Origin: Nitrosopumilales archaeon
GTDB taxonomy: Archaea; Thermoproteota; Nitrososphaeria; Nitrososphaerales; Nitrososphaeraceae
Direction: 5' to 3'
Assembly: GCA_044507735.1 (NCBI GenBank)
Contig: JBIQJB010000001.1
Coordinates: forward strand, 32,001 to 96,000
DNA: 64,000 nt
Within the stretch, counting starts at the first letter, position 1, and each line of letters begins with the position of its first letter. Both the position numbers and the translations under genes were made by a program. Positions 1 to 10,388 of this stretch are shown here, one piece after another. Below the pieces are notes generated by a model, which saw nothing but the letters and a program-made list of their open reading frames with translations, was not told the origin of the DNA and made no database searches.

Positions 1-384
1 ATGCCTGTGTCTGAAGAGTCGCTACCTGAAGAGGAGAGGATCAGGGGCGAACACATTGCCGAGTATGCGGAGACTCTGAAGGAAAACCAGGAAGAGTACA
101 ATTCTCGCTTTTCAGCAATTTTGAAGAAAGGTCTGAATCCGGAAGATTATCCGTCACACTTTGACGAGATAAAGAGCAAGATCTCTGGCAAGCCGATAGA
201 AAAGCCGGTTGCCGGTGGATCCAAAGAGTCCTCAACAGACGCCTCTGCGGAAGAGGAAAAGAAGGCAACTCCTGCAAAGAAGGAAAAGAAGGAGAGCAAG
301 TCACCAGAAAAAAAGAAAGCAAAAGAAGAAAAGGGGAAAGAAAAGAAGGATACCGCTAAGGGAGGCAAGAGCAAGAAGAAATGA
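1..384 (+). CDS. rpl18: 50S ribosomal protein L18 (uL18), C-terminal part; 5' end lies outside the window
   Basis: [12 protein letters not shown]...YNSRFS...[11 protein letters not shown] matches the archaeal L18 C-terminus; Lys-rich tail; directly upstream of S5. Confidence 0.85.
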   Translation: MPVSEESLPEEERIRGEHIAEYAETLKENQEEYNSRFSAILKKGLNPEDYPSHFDEIKSKISGKPIEKPVAGGSKESSTDASAEEEKKATPAKKEKKESKSPEKKKAKEEKGKEKKDTAKGGKSKKK

Positions 385-1001
385 GTCGTTACACGCCAAG
401 TCAACAGCAGCAGGTTGAATGGAAGCCTAGAACCACGCTTGGAAGCATGGTGCTGGCAGGCAAGATAAACTCGATGGACCAGATCTACGAGAATGGCATG
501 AGGATACAGGAAGCCGAAATAGTCAAACACCTCCTGCCGGACATGAAGAGCCAGGTTGTGCACGTTGGTATTGTCCAAAAGCAGACCGACGCGGGCGAAA
601 TGACACGCTTCAACGCCCTGGTAGCAGTAGGGAACGAGGCAGGCTGGTTTGGCATAGGAAAGGGCAAGGCCTCTCAGATGAGGGTCGCAATCGACAAGGC
701 AACCAATGCTGCTTTTCTTAATGTAATTCCAGTAAAGCTTGGGTGTGGAAGCTGGGAGTGCAAGTGCAACCAGCTCCATTCTGTCCCGTTCAAGGTGAGG
801 GGTAAAGGCGGTAGCGTTACAATTGAGATCATTCCGGGACCAAGAGGTCTTGGCATAGTGGCGGGTGAGAACATCAAGAGTCTTCTCAAGCTTGCCGGAC
901 TGAAGGACTCATGGACAAAGTCATTCGGATCAACAAACACGATGTCATCCACAACTAAGGCGATTTTCAATGCTCTCAGGAGCACATACAGCGTAGGTTG
1001 A
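381..1001 (+). CDS. rps5: 30S ribosomal protein S5 (uS5)
   Basis: [37 protein letters not shown] motifs; spc operon position. Confidence 0.97.
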   Translation: MSRYTPSQQQQVEWKPRTTLGSMVLAGKINSMDQIYENGMRIQEAEIVKHLLPDMKSQVVHVGIVQKQTDAGEMTRFNALVAVGNEAGWFGIGKGKASQMRVAIDKATNAAFLNVIPVKLGCGSWECKCNQLHSVPFKVRGKGGSVTIEIIPGPRGLGIVAGENIKSLLKLAGLKDSWTKSFGSTNTMSSTTKAIFNALRSTYSVG

Positions 1002-1012
1002 TGGTGAGATTC

Positions 1013-1471
1013 ATGGCATATCTAGTAGTCAGAATAAAGGGCACCGTTAACATCCCACAGTGGGCGCGAAAGACGCTTGACGGGTTAAACCTCGACAAGC
1101 GATTCCGCGCTACAATCGTGCCAGAGAACAACGAATACCTCGGAATGCTCAGGACTGTCAAAGATGTTGTCGCTTGGACAAAGGCCGACGCCGGCATTGT
1201 CAAGGAACTGCTTGAGAAACGTGGCAGGAAGGCCGGATACAAACCAATAACAACATCTGACATCCCAAAGGAGTACAAGAGCCTCGACGACCTCGCATCG
1301 GCGATAGCTGACAACAAGGTCGCGATGAGCAAACTCGAGGGGATCAAGCCCTGGTTTGCACTAAACCCTCCAAGAGGCGGATTCAAGAGAAAGACCAAGA
1401 CCCAGTACGCGCAGGATGGTGTTCTGGGAGAAGACACAGAGCTTGTCGAGATTGTAAAGAGGATGCTCTAA
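1013..1471 (+). CDS. rpl30: 50S ribosomal protein L30 (uL30)
   Basis: YLVVRIKGTVNI, FALNPPRGGFKRK; ATG at 1013 preceded by GGTGA SD (ORF track starts at 998). Confidence 0.95.
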   Translation: MAYLVVRIKGTVNIPQWARKTLDGLNLDKRFRATIVPENNEYLGMLRTVKDVVAWTKADAGIVKELLEKRGRKAGYKPITTSDIPKEYKSLDDLASAIADNKVAMSKLEGIKPWFALNPPRGGFKRKTKTQYAQDGVLGEDTELVEIVKRML

Positions 1472-1543
1472 GTGCAGCAAGACTTAATTAAGGTGCAGTT
1501 GGACGTGATAGCAAATAATTCCAGCCCGGTGATGATGTGATTT

Positions 1544-1987
1544 ATGGCTACCAGATTTAGAAAAAGCAGAAGACAGCGCGGCAGCAGGTACTGCGGCTGG
1601 GGCCAGATCGGCCAGCACAGACAGGCCGGCGGCAGAGGCGGCGTTGGTGGCGCCGGAAAGCACAAGCACTTTTTCATACGTACAGTAATCGAGGAACCTG
1701 ACCATTTCGGTCACGATCCATTCAACTCCTTTAACCGCAACCTTGTACACAAGTGGATAAATGTACGCGACCTTGACACCGTTTTTGCAAAGCACGGCAA
1801 GGCCGACGAAAATGGAAAGGTTGTCCTCGACCTGACCTCGCTGGGCTACGACAAGCTGCTGGGCGGAGGCTCTATCAGCGGGGCTTATGCGATCAAAGTG
1901 GCCAAGGTTTCAGAAAGTGCAAGGAGCAAGATCGAAGCTGCAGGTGGCGAGGTTATAACAGAAGATGAGCAGCACGACGACAAGTGA
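1544..1987 (+). CDS. rpl15: 50S ribosomal protein L15 (uL15)
   Basis: RKSRRQRGSRYCGWG, GGRGGVG, GYDKLLGGG, KIEAAGG. Confidence 0.96.
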   Translation: MATRFRKSRRQRGSRYCGWGQIGQHRQAGGRGGVGGAGKHKHFFIRTVIEEPDHFGHDPFNSFNRNLVHKWINVRDLDTVFAKHGKADENGKVVLDLTSLGYDKLLGGGSISGAYAIKVAKVSESARSKIEAAGGEVITEDEQHDDK

Positions 1988-3422
1988 GCATGGGCTCAGG
2001 CGGTTCATAAAGGCCGCATCTGCTTATGTTCCGCAGGTTCCGAAGCCGAAAAAGAAGATCTCGCTGACAGAAAAATTCGTCTGGACAGGAATTGCTCTCT
2101 TTGCATACCTTATCATGGCGCAGATCCCTCTCTACGGTGTAACAGATGACCCTGCATTCGACTTTCTCGCTTTTGCACGTGTAATCTTCGCCGCGCAGCA
2201 AGGAACTCTGATGGAACTTGGTATCGGGCCAATAGTCACAGCCGGCTTGTTGATGCAGCTTCTCAAGGGCTCCGACCTTATCAAGCTGGACTTCAAGAAC
2301 CCAGACGACAGGTCGCTCTTTACATCCGCGACCAAGATAGTCACGATAATAGTAATAGTGGCAGAGGGTGCTCTCTATGGCGGTAGCGTATACGGTCCTC
2401 TGATGTCGGCCGAGGCTCCTTATGCCATAGGCATACTTGTTGCCCAGCTTATCGGTGCCAGCGTCATTGTCATGCTGCTTGACGAGATGATACAGAAGGG
2501 CTGGGGCGTAGGATCTGGTCTCAGTCTGTTCATCATGGCCGGTATTGCGCAGACGATATTGTGGAGTGTGTTTAGTGTCGCACCATCACAAGTGGATGAT
2601 GGACCGTTAGGTATATTCCCCTTCACTATTGATGCGTTAATCAACGGGAATGGTGGCGATGCAATATTCCGTACCGGACAGCTACCGAACCTCTTTGTAC
2701 TTGCGCTGACTATTGGAGTCATACTCGCGCTCGTGTATATAGAGGGCATACACGTTGATGTCCCCATAGTGTCTACAAAGTACAGGGGCTTTACTGCAGT
2801 TTACCCGATCAAGCTGCTCTATACTTCCGTTATACCTGTAATACTTGCATCTGCACTCCTTGCCAATGCTGTTTTCATGGGTCAGATGCTATGGGCCAAC
2901 TACAACCCCAACAATACAAACCCTGCCTTCAACTGGCTTGCGCAGTTTGAGCGAAGCGCACAAGGTGGGCAAGCGAATCCGACAGGGGGCCTGCTATACT
3001 ACATTACTGCTCCAAGGGGGCTTGATGTGGCGGCAGCCGATCCATTGAGAGCATTTGTGTACGTAATATTCTTGACAGGCATTGTGACCGTCTTTTCAAG
3101 GCTATGGGTCGAGCTTGGCGGACTATCTGCGAGGACTGCCGCGCGCAATCTGCTTGATGCCGATGTGCAGGTGCCTGGTTTCAGACGATCTGAAGGATCG
3201 GTCGAGACGCTACTCAACAGGTACATTCCCTCGCTCACACTGCTGTCCGGAATTATAATCGGACTTCTAGCCGGCATTTCAGACGTGCTTGGAGTTCTTG
3301 GTTCTGGAACAGGGATTTTGCTTATGGTAAACATCATGGTCAGCTACTATCAGACGCTGGTCAAAGAGCAGGTGGACACTTACATGCCCGGTCTGGCGGC
3401 TCTGCTTGGCAGAAAACAGTAA
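1965..3422 (+). CDS. secY: preprotein translocase subunit SecY
   Basis: GTLMELGIGPIVTAGLLMQLL, KGWGVGSG, YPIKLLY, multiple TM helices. Confidence 0.98.
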   Translation: MSSTTTSEHGLRRFIKAASAYVPQVPKPKKKISLTEKFVWTGIALFAYLIMAQIPLYGVTDDPAFDFLAFARVIFAAQQGTLMELGIGPIVTAGLLMQLLKGSDLIKLDFKNPDDRSLFTSATKIVTIIVIVAEGALYGGSVYGPLMSAEAPYAIGILVAQLIGASVIVMLLDEMIQKGWGVGSGLSLFIMAGIAQTILWSVFSVAPSQVDDGPLGIFPFTIDALINGNGGDAIFRTGQLPNLFVLALTIGVILALVYIEGIHVDVPIVSTKYRGFTAVYPIKLLYTSVIPVILASALLANAVFMGQMLWANYNPNNTNPAFNWLAQFERSAQGGQANPTGGLLYYITAPRGLDVAAADPLRAFVYVIFLTGIVTVFSRLWVELGGLSARTAARNLLDADVQVPGFRRSEGSVETLLNRYIPSLTLLSGIIIGLLAGISDVLGVLGSGTGILLMVNIMVSYYQTLVKEQVDTYMPGLAALLGRKQ

Positions 3423-3999
3423 ACGCGCTATAATCGTTGGAATCCCCGGCGTGGGCAAGACCACCGTCATCACCCGCGCAGCAGAGATGCTCAACCAGAA
3501 GCGCAAAACAACGGTCATGGTTTTCGGCACTGTCATGTTTGAAGAGGCGCAGAAAATGGGGCTCAAAAGCAGGGATGAGATGCGCAAGATGCCAGTAGAT
3601 GACCAGCGCCGCTTGCAGGAGATGGCTGCACAGCGGATCGCCGACATGAAGGACGATATCGTTCTGATCGATACCCACCTTTTTATAAACACGTCAGAAG
3701 GATACTATCCTGGACTACCAATGAGACTGCTGAACATAATGAAGCCGACCAACCTTGTGATGATAGCGGCAGAAGCAAGAGAGATCGCAGAGCGGCGCAA
3801 GACAGACCAGACCCGCCAGCGCGATATTGCCTCTGCTGAAGACATACAGAAAGAACTCGACATTTCGCGGGTTATGGTGGCTTCGTGCTCTATATTGACA
3901 GGCGCGCCTTTTGCAATAGTTATGAATACTGATGGCGGCGTGGACAAAGCGGCAGCAAATATAGCGAAGATACTTGCGGGAGATGATGGGACGCCATGA
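3406..3999 (+). CDS. adk: archaeal adenylate kinase
   Basis: P-loop GIPGVGKTT, RDEMRK, IDTH, GYYPGLP. Confidence 0.95.
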   Translation: MAENSKRAIIVGIPGVGKTTVITRAAEMLNQKRKTTVMVFGTVMFEEAQKMGLKSRDEMRKMPVDDQRRLQEMAAQRIADMKDDIVLIDTHLFINTSEGYYPGLPMRLLNIMKPTNLVMIAAEAREIAERRKTDQTRQRDIASAEDIQKELDISRVMVASCSILTGAPFAIVMNTDGGVDKAAANIAKILAGDDGTP

Positions 4000-4631
4000 A
4001 TCTACTAGAGCTTATTATAATGCAGTTGCCTCTTGCCCCGCAGTACACTCAACATCCGATATTCCCAGACTTGCTCTCTGCCACAATAGTTGCACTCCTA
4101 ATCTCTGTCGGAATGAACTTTGGGTTTGCGATGCTCCGGAAAAAGACCACTGACATTGAAAAGATGAGCCGAGTCATGAAAGAGACAACAGAGTGGCGCA
4201 AACAGTACACCGACGCGATCAAGAAGCAAGACAAGGCGCGTATTGAGGAGCTGAAAAAGAAGCAGGCATATGTCAACAAGATGGCGCTAGAGATGCAGCA
4301 GCAACAAATGCGCCCAATGTTCATCTATATGATACCATCGTTTATGATCTGGATACTGGTGTTCCCAACAATATTCGGTGGGACGGTTGCACTGTCGCCG
4401 ATATATTTCCCATGGATTAGCTGCAGCGACGAGAATGTGCATACAGATACACAGCCAAAGCTCAACGAGGACGGCACGACTGCAACAGACGAAAGTGGGA
4501 ATGTTCTTCTCTCTGGCCCTTGCAGAATACCCGGCAACATGTACTTGTGGGGTTGGTTCCTCATAACCTCGTTCGGGTTCAGCGGCATTATAGCTAAGCT
4601 GACCAAGACCAACATGCCGAGCATGACTTAG
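3996..4631 (+). CDS. EMC3/TMCO1 (DUF106) family membrane insertase
   Basis: TM-coiled coil-TM architecture; conserved position after adk. Confidence 0.85.
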   Translation: MNLLELIIMQLPLAPQYTQHPIFPDLLSATIVALLISVGMNFGFAMLRKKTTDIEKMSRVMKETTEWRKQYTDAIKKQDKARIEELKKKQAYVNKMALEMQQQQMRPMFIYMIPSFMIWILVFPTIFGGTVALSPIYFPWISCSDENVHTDTQPKLNEDGTTATDESGNVLLSGPCRIPGNMYLWGWFLITSFGFSGIIAKLTKTNMPSMT

Positions 4632-4633
4632 AA

Positions 4634-5251
4634 TTGACAACATCAGACAATAACAACAATAGCAATAAGAAATTCAGCATTGTCATTTCTGGATGGCCTG
4701 CCGTGGGCAAGACCACTATAGCAGGCAAGCTTGCAGAAGAGTTTGGCCTTGTCATGTACAACGGCGGGGACATACTGAAGATGCTTGCATCGGAAAGGGG
4801 ATACCTGACGGCCCGGGATGATTGGTGGGATACCGACGAAGCGAAAAAGTTCATGGAGGAACGCAAGTCCGACCCTTCTTTTGACAAGAAGGTGGACAAG
4901 AAGCTAGAAGAGATTGTAAGAGATGGGGGTGCGGTCATTACCAGCTATACTCTGCCTTGGCTAGTAAAGGAAGAAGAAGGAGGAGAGTCGGTGATAAAGC
5001 TATGGCTGCGGGGATCACCGGACAACAGGGCAAAGAGGATGGCAAACCGCGACGACATCAGCTTTGCAGAAGCAAGAAGGATAATCGACATGAGGGATGA
5101 AGAGAACAAAAAGATCTATCATCAGTTGTACGGATTTCGCTTTGGCGAGGACCTGACAGTCTTTGATTACGTCCTCAACACTGACAGGCTTCCACTCCCT
5201 TCGCTGATCGAGATATCCAAATTAATAGTCAGGCGGCACATAGGTGGATAG
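4634..5251 (+). CDS. cmk: cytidylate kinase family protein
   Basis: ISGWPAVGKTT P-loop, FDKKVD, RAKRMANRD; operon position. Confidence 0.9.
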   Translation: MTTSDNNNNSNKKFSIVISGWPAVGKTTIAGKLAEEFGLVMYNGGDILKMLASERGYLTARDDWWDTDEAKKFMEERKSDPSFDKKVDKKLEEIVRDGGAVITSYTLPWLVKEEEGGESVIKLWLRGSPDNRAKRMANRDDISFAEARRIIDMRDEENKKIYHQLYGFRFGEDLTVFDYVLNTDRLPLPSLIEISKLIVRRHIGG

Positions 5252-5261
5252 GTAATCACGC

Positions 5262-6335
5262 TTGAAGCTGCCACAGCTCGAGAACCTTGTAAGGGTAGAC
5301 GATGACGTCACCAATGACAATTATGGCCACTACCCTGACAAGAGACCCATTGAATCACTGCTATATTATGGACTAGTCCTGGTGGACAAACCAGCCGGGC
5401 CATCAAGCCACGAAGTCGTGGCCTGGGTCAAGCGCATACTTGAGATTGAAAAGGCAGGGCACAGCGGCACACTGGATCCTGGGGCGACCGGGCTCCTGCC
5501 AATCGGTCTCGGGGAGGGTACCAAGGCGCTTTCAGTCCTCTTGCTCGGACCAAAGGAGTACTATGCAATTGCACGGCTCCACTCTCATGTTTCAGACGAC
5601 AGGCTCAAGCGTGTAATAAGCGAGTTCACGGGAGAAATATACCAGCGGCCGCCCCAACGCTCGTCTGTCCGTCGGGTCACCCGCGTAAGGACGGTATATG
5701 AATTTGATCACCTGGAAACTTATGATAGGCTTGTGCTGATGCGGATCCTATGCCAGGCAGGTACGTACATTCGCAAGATCATTTATGACATTGGCGAAGT
5801 GCTGTCTCCGGGTGCAACCATGGTTGAACTTCGCAGGACAAGGGTGAGCAACTTGTCGGAGCAGAACAATGGTAGCGGGGGGCTTGTCAGGCTACATGAC
5901 CTTGCCGACGCATACCAGCGCTACAAGGAAACAAAAGACGACGAAAAGCTGCGCCGGCTGGTAATTCCGATCGAGCACTGCCTTGAAGGGATAAGAGGTG
6001 TGATGGTGCGGGACACCGCAGTCGACGCACTATGCCACGGTGCGCCGCTGGCAGTCCCGGGAGTGGTCGCAGTGCCAGAAGACATGAGAGTGGGCGAACT
6101 CGTGGGCATCTATACCCTGAAGGGTGAAATTATTGGTCTTGGTCAGGCTGCCATGACAAAGGAGGAGATCGAGCAGAATGCCCGGGGAATTGCGTTTGCC
6201 ATCCGGCGCATAATCATGAAGCCAAACACCTACCCCAAGGCGTGGCGTTCCAAGGGTGAGCAGGCAGCCGGCGTTAAAGTGCCCTCAGAGGTTGACCTTG
6301 ATAGGCTGGAGACTGAAAACGCTGACGAACTATGA
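5262..6335 (+). CDS. cbf5: H/ACA pseudouridine synthase Cbf5 (TruB family with PUA domain)
   Basis: DKPAGPSSHEV, GHSGTLDP (catalytic Asp), IYQRPP, CQAGTYIR, ELRRTR. Confidence 0.96.
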   Translation: MKLPQLENLVRVDDDVTNDNYGHYPDKRPIESLLYYGLVLVDKPAGPSSHEVVAWVKRILEIEKAGHSGTLDPGATGLLPIGLGEGTKALSVLLLGPKEYYAIARLHSHVSDDRLKRVISEFTGEIYQRPPQRSSVRRVTRVRTVYEFDHLETYDRLVLMRILCQAGTYIRKIIYDIGEVLSPGATMVELRRTRVSNLSEQNNGSGGLVRLHDLADAYQRYKETKDDEKLRRLVIPIEHCLEGIRGVMVRDTAVDALCHGAPLAVPGVVAVPEDMRVGELVGIYTLKGEIIGLGQAAMTKEEIEQNARGIAFAIRRIIMKPNTYPKAWRSKGEQAAGVKVPSEVDLDRLETENADEL

Positions 6336-6990
6336 TGATCTAGTTAAATGATTGGCTAGATTATGAATAAGCTGTAATGAAATAGCTGCTTGATACCTTG
6401 CCACTATCAACCTGAGAATTTCGGGTGATAAATTGGGATATTGCTGGATTTTCAAGAATAGCGGTGGGGCCTTGATGGAATCTTACCAAGACAGAGACGG
6501 CTAGAGTTATGGTTCTATGTGATGACTTGACTGATATCTGAAAGAAAGGAAGTACAACAAGGATGCCATAACGCTAAAGAAAATGGCAAAAGTGTTTGCT
6601 TGCATCATCGGCGTGACAAGCTGAACAATGCACCGATCAACACCCAAAAAAGTGTTAGAGGGTTTCGCCTATGCCGGGCCTCTTGCGATCCAGCTTGGCA
6701 ATATTCTTTGCAAGGTTTTCAATAGTGCCTGGAATGTGGCACTTACACATGCAGTCGTTACAATCAACATGGTTGCCGCCCTTACAATTGTCGGATAATC
6801 CTTGAGCAGACAAAATCATTGATGATTGCTGCCTCCCTCAATTTTTAGTTTTGTCTTGGGTACGTGCTATTGTTTTCAACTATTTCCACCTAGAACGACA
6901 CATAGCATATCATCCGGTGTGTTTCAGGCAGCCTCTGGACTAGTTCCGTCGAAGGAATGGCGCCCTGCAACCCACAATATCGGCTTATGA

Positions 6991-6998
6991 TTAATATA
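6991..6998 (+). promoter_or_regulatory. TATA box of tRNA-Ser
   Basis: TTAATATA 27-34 nt upstream of the tRNA 5' end. Confidence 0.6.
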
Positions 6999-7024
6999 CA
7001 GACAGGTTTGTCCAAGATGTGGGT

Positions 7025-7125
7025 GCCGGGATCGCCTAGCCCGGTAGGGCGCAAGCCTGGAATTTGTCAAACCGGCCAGCTTGTGACCCGTGAGGGTCCC
7101 GAGGGTTCAAATCCCTCTCCCGGCG
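7025..7125 (+). tRNA. tRNA-Ser(GGA) with a 15-nt intron (7063-7077) at 37/38
   Basis: Acceptor stem GCCGGGA/TCCCGGC with discriminator G; anticodon stem CAAGC/GCTTG; anticodon GGA at 7059-7061; bulge-helix-bulge (CTGG/CCGG with AAT and CCA bulges); long variable arm GACCC-GTGA-GGGTC; T-arm GAGGG-TTCAAAT-CCCTC. Confidence 0.93.
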
Positions 7126-7127
7126 CT
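7108..7127 (+). repeat. attL, 20-bp direct repeat CAAATCCCTCTCCCGGCGCT (tRNA 3' end)
   Basis: Identical to 38373-38392. Confidence 0.9.
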
Positions 7128-7279
7128 GTGTTTGGGGAGTCATCAGCGAAGAGCATCGACGAACGCAGCAGCAAAAAACCAAGCTCAACAAGGGTTTTAA
7201 CTCGGAAGTGCACATCGGTAGACAAGCACCAACCGACTTCCTACCTGACTCGCACCAAGCAGGAAGGAAGAACTCAAAG

Positions 7280-8713
7280 TTGAAAACGAGAACAGCCCGC
7301 AAGGGCAATGGTAACCGGCATAGGCAATCGTCTACTGTTATTTGTAAAAAGACGGAAGCTGCTGGAACGACGGCACTGGAATCGCAGATAGATGCGATAA
7401 CTCATGCACTGAGACCATATATCGCCTCCGCGTTTAAGGCAATGGCTGCTGGCAACCCTGCAAACGCCAAGGTACTTTGCAGTTATATAATTGCCGAGCA
7501 GACAGAGTTCAACATCAAGGATTCCACCAAGGATTGGAAAATTAAAGTCCTGATATGGCTGTCTCAGCATTTTGGTCACGGCAAAGCCTACGCAGACATG
7601 GCAAAGGAGGATATTCTGCTCTACTTAAATTCGCTGAGAAAGCAGCCATCCGACGACCCTGACCAAAAGTGGGTGGGCACGTACAACAACCGCATTCTGG
7701 CTTTCAGCAAGTTCTTCAGGTGGCTGTACTGCCCTGACGAGCCGGACATTCGCAAGAGGCCTGTCCCTGAATGCATGAGAGGTGTCAGGAGGCTGCCGCC
7801 CCGGAAAAAGTCGTCGTACAAGCCATCTGACATGTGGACAGATGAAGAGTCTGCTGTATTTGTGAAGTACTGCCCGTCTGCGCGGGACAGGTGCTTTCAC
7901 ATGATGGCTTCAGATACGTCGGCTCGTCCCCACGAGCTGCTTGCCCTCAAAATCAGAGATGTTCACTTCAAGGCGGCACCGGATACCGGGATTCAGTTCG
8001 CGCTGATAACCGTGTCAGGCAAGACTGGCCAGAGGACGTTACCTCTGATAGATTCTATACCATATGTCAAGGAGTGGATTGGACGGCACCCCTATACTGG
8101 CAATCCAGACGCTCCTCTGTTCATCGCAATGGCTGACCAGAATTTTGGACAGCAGCTGAGCGTGAACGGGATTCGTGAGCAATACAAGTACCAGTACAGG
8201 AAGGTGACGTTCCCAAAGCTTTTGATTGATTCGAGCGTGCCGGAAGAGGACAAGTCCATCGTCCGCAAAATGCTTGAAAAGCCATGGAACCCGTACGTGC
8301 TTCGCCACAGCTCGCTGACTGCAAAGTCCAAGGTGCTCAGCGAGCACACGCTGCGCAACCATGCCGGCTGGACGATGACTAGCAAAATGCCCGCAGTGTA
8401 CGTGCACTACATGGGAGCCGAGTCGGCGCAGCTGATACTGGAGCAGAGAGGAATCCTACAGAGCGGCAGCCAGAAAGGGACGGAGATTCTAAAGCCAAGG
8501 ACTTGTCCAAATTGCGGCGAACCCAACAGAAATGATTCAAAATTCTGCAGCAAGTGTAAAATGGTTCTGGTCTATGATGCGTACGATGATGCAATCCAGA
8601 ATGAGAAGGCGGGAAAGGTGCGCATCGACAACTTGGAGCAAGATGTAGCCGAACTTAGAGAACTGCTGAAAGACCCTCGGAAACTAGCCCAAATAGAGGA
8701 AGCGGAGGAATAG
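7280..8713 (+). CDS. tyrosine recombinase/integrase with C-terminal double zinc ribbon
   Basis: Catalytic residues SARPHE (R), GKTG (K), YVLRHS (x-x-R), HAGW (W), VYVH (Y); CPNC...CSKC; probable TTG start 7280 after AGGAAGG (ORF open from 7208). Confidence 0.93.
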   Translation: MKTRTARKGNGNRHRQSSTVICKKTEAAGTTALESQIDAITHALRPYIASAFKAMAAGNPANAKVLCSYIIAEQTEFNIKDSTKDWKIKVLIWLSQHFGHGKAYADMAKEDILLYLNSLRKQPSDDPDQKWVGTYNNRILAFSKFFRWLYCPDEPDIRKRPVPECMRGVRRLPPRKKSSYKPSDMWTDEESAVFVKYCPSARDRCFHMMASDTSARPHELLALKIRDVHFKAAPDTGIQFALITVSGKTGQRTLPLIDSIPYVKEWIGRHPYTGNPDAPLFIAMADQNFGQQLSVNGIREQYKYQYRKVTFPKLLIDSSVPEEDKSIVRKMLEKPWNPYVLRHSSLTAKSKVLSEHTLRNHAGWTMTSKMPAVYVHYMGAESAQLILEQRGILQSGSQKGTEILKPRTCPNCGEPNRNDSKFCSKCKMVLVYDAYDDAIQNEKAGKVRIDNLEQDVAELRELLKDPRKLAQIEEAEE

Positions 8714-8982
8714 CAAATTCAGCTGCATTATGTGGTTTCCAGCTGAAAATGCAAGACCCCGATGAAGGTACTGCTAAATTCGTATTCTTGTCCTGCATGG
8801 CAGAAAATCATTTCTTTTGCAAAAATATTCTTTCAACAACCTATTTTTTTCACGACCTTGTCTATTGTAAATACGATTCAGACCAAAGGATGAGCTCATG
8901 ACGATTTTCGATATTCATAGTACTTTTTAACGCATTTTGCAATAGAGTTTCCTGTGAGGTTTACAAAAATAAATCTCGGTAA

Positions 8983-9080
8983 GTTGCAAGCGAGCGAGGG
9001 CCGCGAAACCATTGCTCGCTTGCAACGAGCTGACCACTACAGACCTGATTTTTCCATCAGGAAGGTAGGTAGGAGGTCAG
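8983..9080 (+). repeat. two adjacent inverted repeats (hairpins) upstream of the AbrB-like gene
   Basis: GTTGCAAGCGAGC (8983-8995) / GCTCGCTTGCAAC (9014-9026); CTGACC..CCTGAT / ATCAGG..GGTCAG (9030-9080). Confidence 0.7.
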
Positions 9081-9084
9081 TGCA

Positions 9085-9306
9085 ATGACAAAAGGGGAAT
9101 TCTCTGATATAAATCTCTCAGAGAATGGGAACGTACCTAGAGTTATCGTAAAGCGCGCATGGGAAGTGGGCCAGCTGACAATCGTGGTCATTGACAAGGC
9201 TCTGGCTCAGGCGCTTCACATAGCGGATGGTACGGTGCTGGAGCAGATACCTGCGCAAGAAGGTATACTGCTCCGCATAAAAAAGGAGGTACGCAGAAGT
9301 GATTGA
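9085..9306 (+). CDS. AbrB/MazE-like small DNA-binding protein
   Basis: VGQLTIVVIDKALAQALHIADGTVLEQ...GILLR resembles the swapped-hairpin pattern; AGGAGG SD. Confidence 0.6.
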   Translation: MTKGEFSDINLSENGNVPRVIVKRAWEVGQLTIVVIDKALAQALHIADGTVLEQIPAQEGILLRIKKEVRRSD

Positions 9307-9673
9307 GCCAACTGGTAAGATCTGGAGGATAATCTGCCAGCTCTATCCTGATTCCTCTCTCCAAGATAGGTTGGTGATGTATGAAGTGTACTGGGCCGAG
9401 TGGGATGGATGCCCATACTACATCGAGGTCGTTGGCAGGATCATGGAGAAATGGTCGCATGCGTTCACGGCTCGTAGACAGGTTCACGACCAGATCCGCA
9501 AGCTTGTAGAAGAAGGGTCTGTTCGATGCAGGCTGTGTGCGATCAACGAAACACACGATCCGTTTGAAGTGGACGACTTCCAGCCATGGATTGTCCTGCT
9601 GACGAACTTGGAAGTCATGGCAGCTCTGGCCGGCGAGCCTTCAGTTGTGGAGGAGGTTATTCAGATTGGCTGA
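9299..9673 (+). CDS. hypothetical protein of the element
   Basis: Overlapping, translationally coupled ORF in the same operon. Confidence 0.5.
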   Translation: MIEPTGKIWRIICQLYPDSSLQDRLVMYEVYWAEWDGCPYYIEVVGRIMEKWSHAFTARRQVHDQIRKLVEEGSVRCRLCAINETHDPFEVDDFQPWIVLLTNLEVMAALAGEPSVVEEVIQIG

Positions 9674-10388
9674 CCAAGCTGCTGAGAGTACCTCTCACAA
9701 AAAGGCTCCCCAAGATCATTACTTGGATTGCTGGGGAAATCCAAAAGAAGCAGTCGGCGGCAACGCAGAGATTCCCGTAGAAGGGAACTCTGACCATACT
9801 GGCGATTCAAGTGCCGAACAATCTCGGGTGCCAAAACAACAGCCTTCGCCCACCGTTTCACAGTACCCAGAATTACAGAAGGAACCAGCGGATAGCGTAC
9901 CAGATCTTGTGGAGGTAGAACGCCAAGAGATGTACCGCTACAGGAACTACGACGAGATGTCGGCTGAATTCAGAGAACTCCTTTCCACAGCTGCACGTGC
10001 ATATGAACTGATACCGCAGATGTACAATCGGCTGACTCTGGTTGAAGGATATGATCACGCAGGCGCTCTGCGGAAAATGTATGAAGACCACCGAGACCTC
10101 CGGGGGTTTAGCGTTCGGAACATCCGGCGCTATCTGCCAGATGATAACCCCAAAGTGCCTAGAAGAGTAAGGACATCACGTCCCAAGCAAGACTCAAATC
10201 AATCAGACCAAGAATCGAGCATATTTATTGTGGAAACCCGGACTGAGCTAGAAGTTGGGAGTGAAAAACAGCCGTACATAGTCCCACTGATAATTGAAGT
10301 GGACACCGTGGCCAGAACAGTGGTAAGCGTTAGGGTTGACCAAGCCAAGTTCGATGAATGGTACTATCCGGAGTTGAGTCAGAGTTGA
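9645..10388 (+). CDS. hypothetical protein, possible HTH (GFSVRNIRRYLP)
   Basis: 247-aa ORF coupled to its neighbours; real start may be TTG near 9666. Confidence 0.6.
   Translation: MWRRLFRLADQAAESTSHKKAPQDHYLDCWGNPKEAVGGNAEIPVEGNSDHTGDSSAEQSRVPKQQPSPTVSQYPELQKEPADSVPDLVEVERQEMYRYRNYDEMSAEFRELLSTAARAYELIPQMYNRLTLVEGYDHAGALRKMYEDHRDLRGFSVRNIRRYLPDDNPKVPRRVRTSRPKQDSNQSDQESSIFIVETRTELEVGSEKQPYIVPLIIEVDTVARTVVSVRVDQAKFDEWYYPELSQS

Noticed and set aside
3996-5262. Absence of rpl34e and rpl14e around cmk
   Set aside because: Normal for Thaumarchaeota; useful only as a taxonomic clue.
6340-6830. Possible decayed membrane-protein gene after cbf5
   Set aside because: Hydrophobic fragments interrupted by stops; no family can be assigned without a search.
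6957-7308. ORFs 6957..7283 (+) and 7036..7308 (-)
   Set aside because: They overlap the tRNA-Ser gene and are spurious; the integrase is not split by att as SSV-type integrases are.
8983-9080. Hammerhead or other self-cleaving ribozyme
   Set aside because: GAAA is present but the CUGANGA core is not (CTGATTT, CTGACCA).
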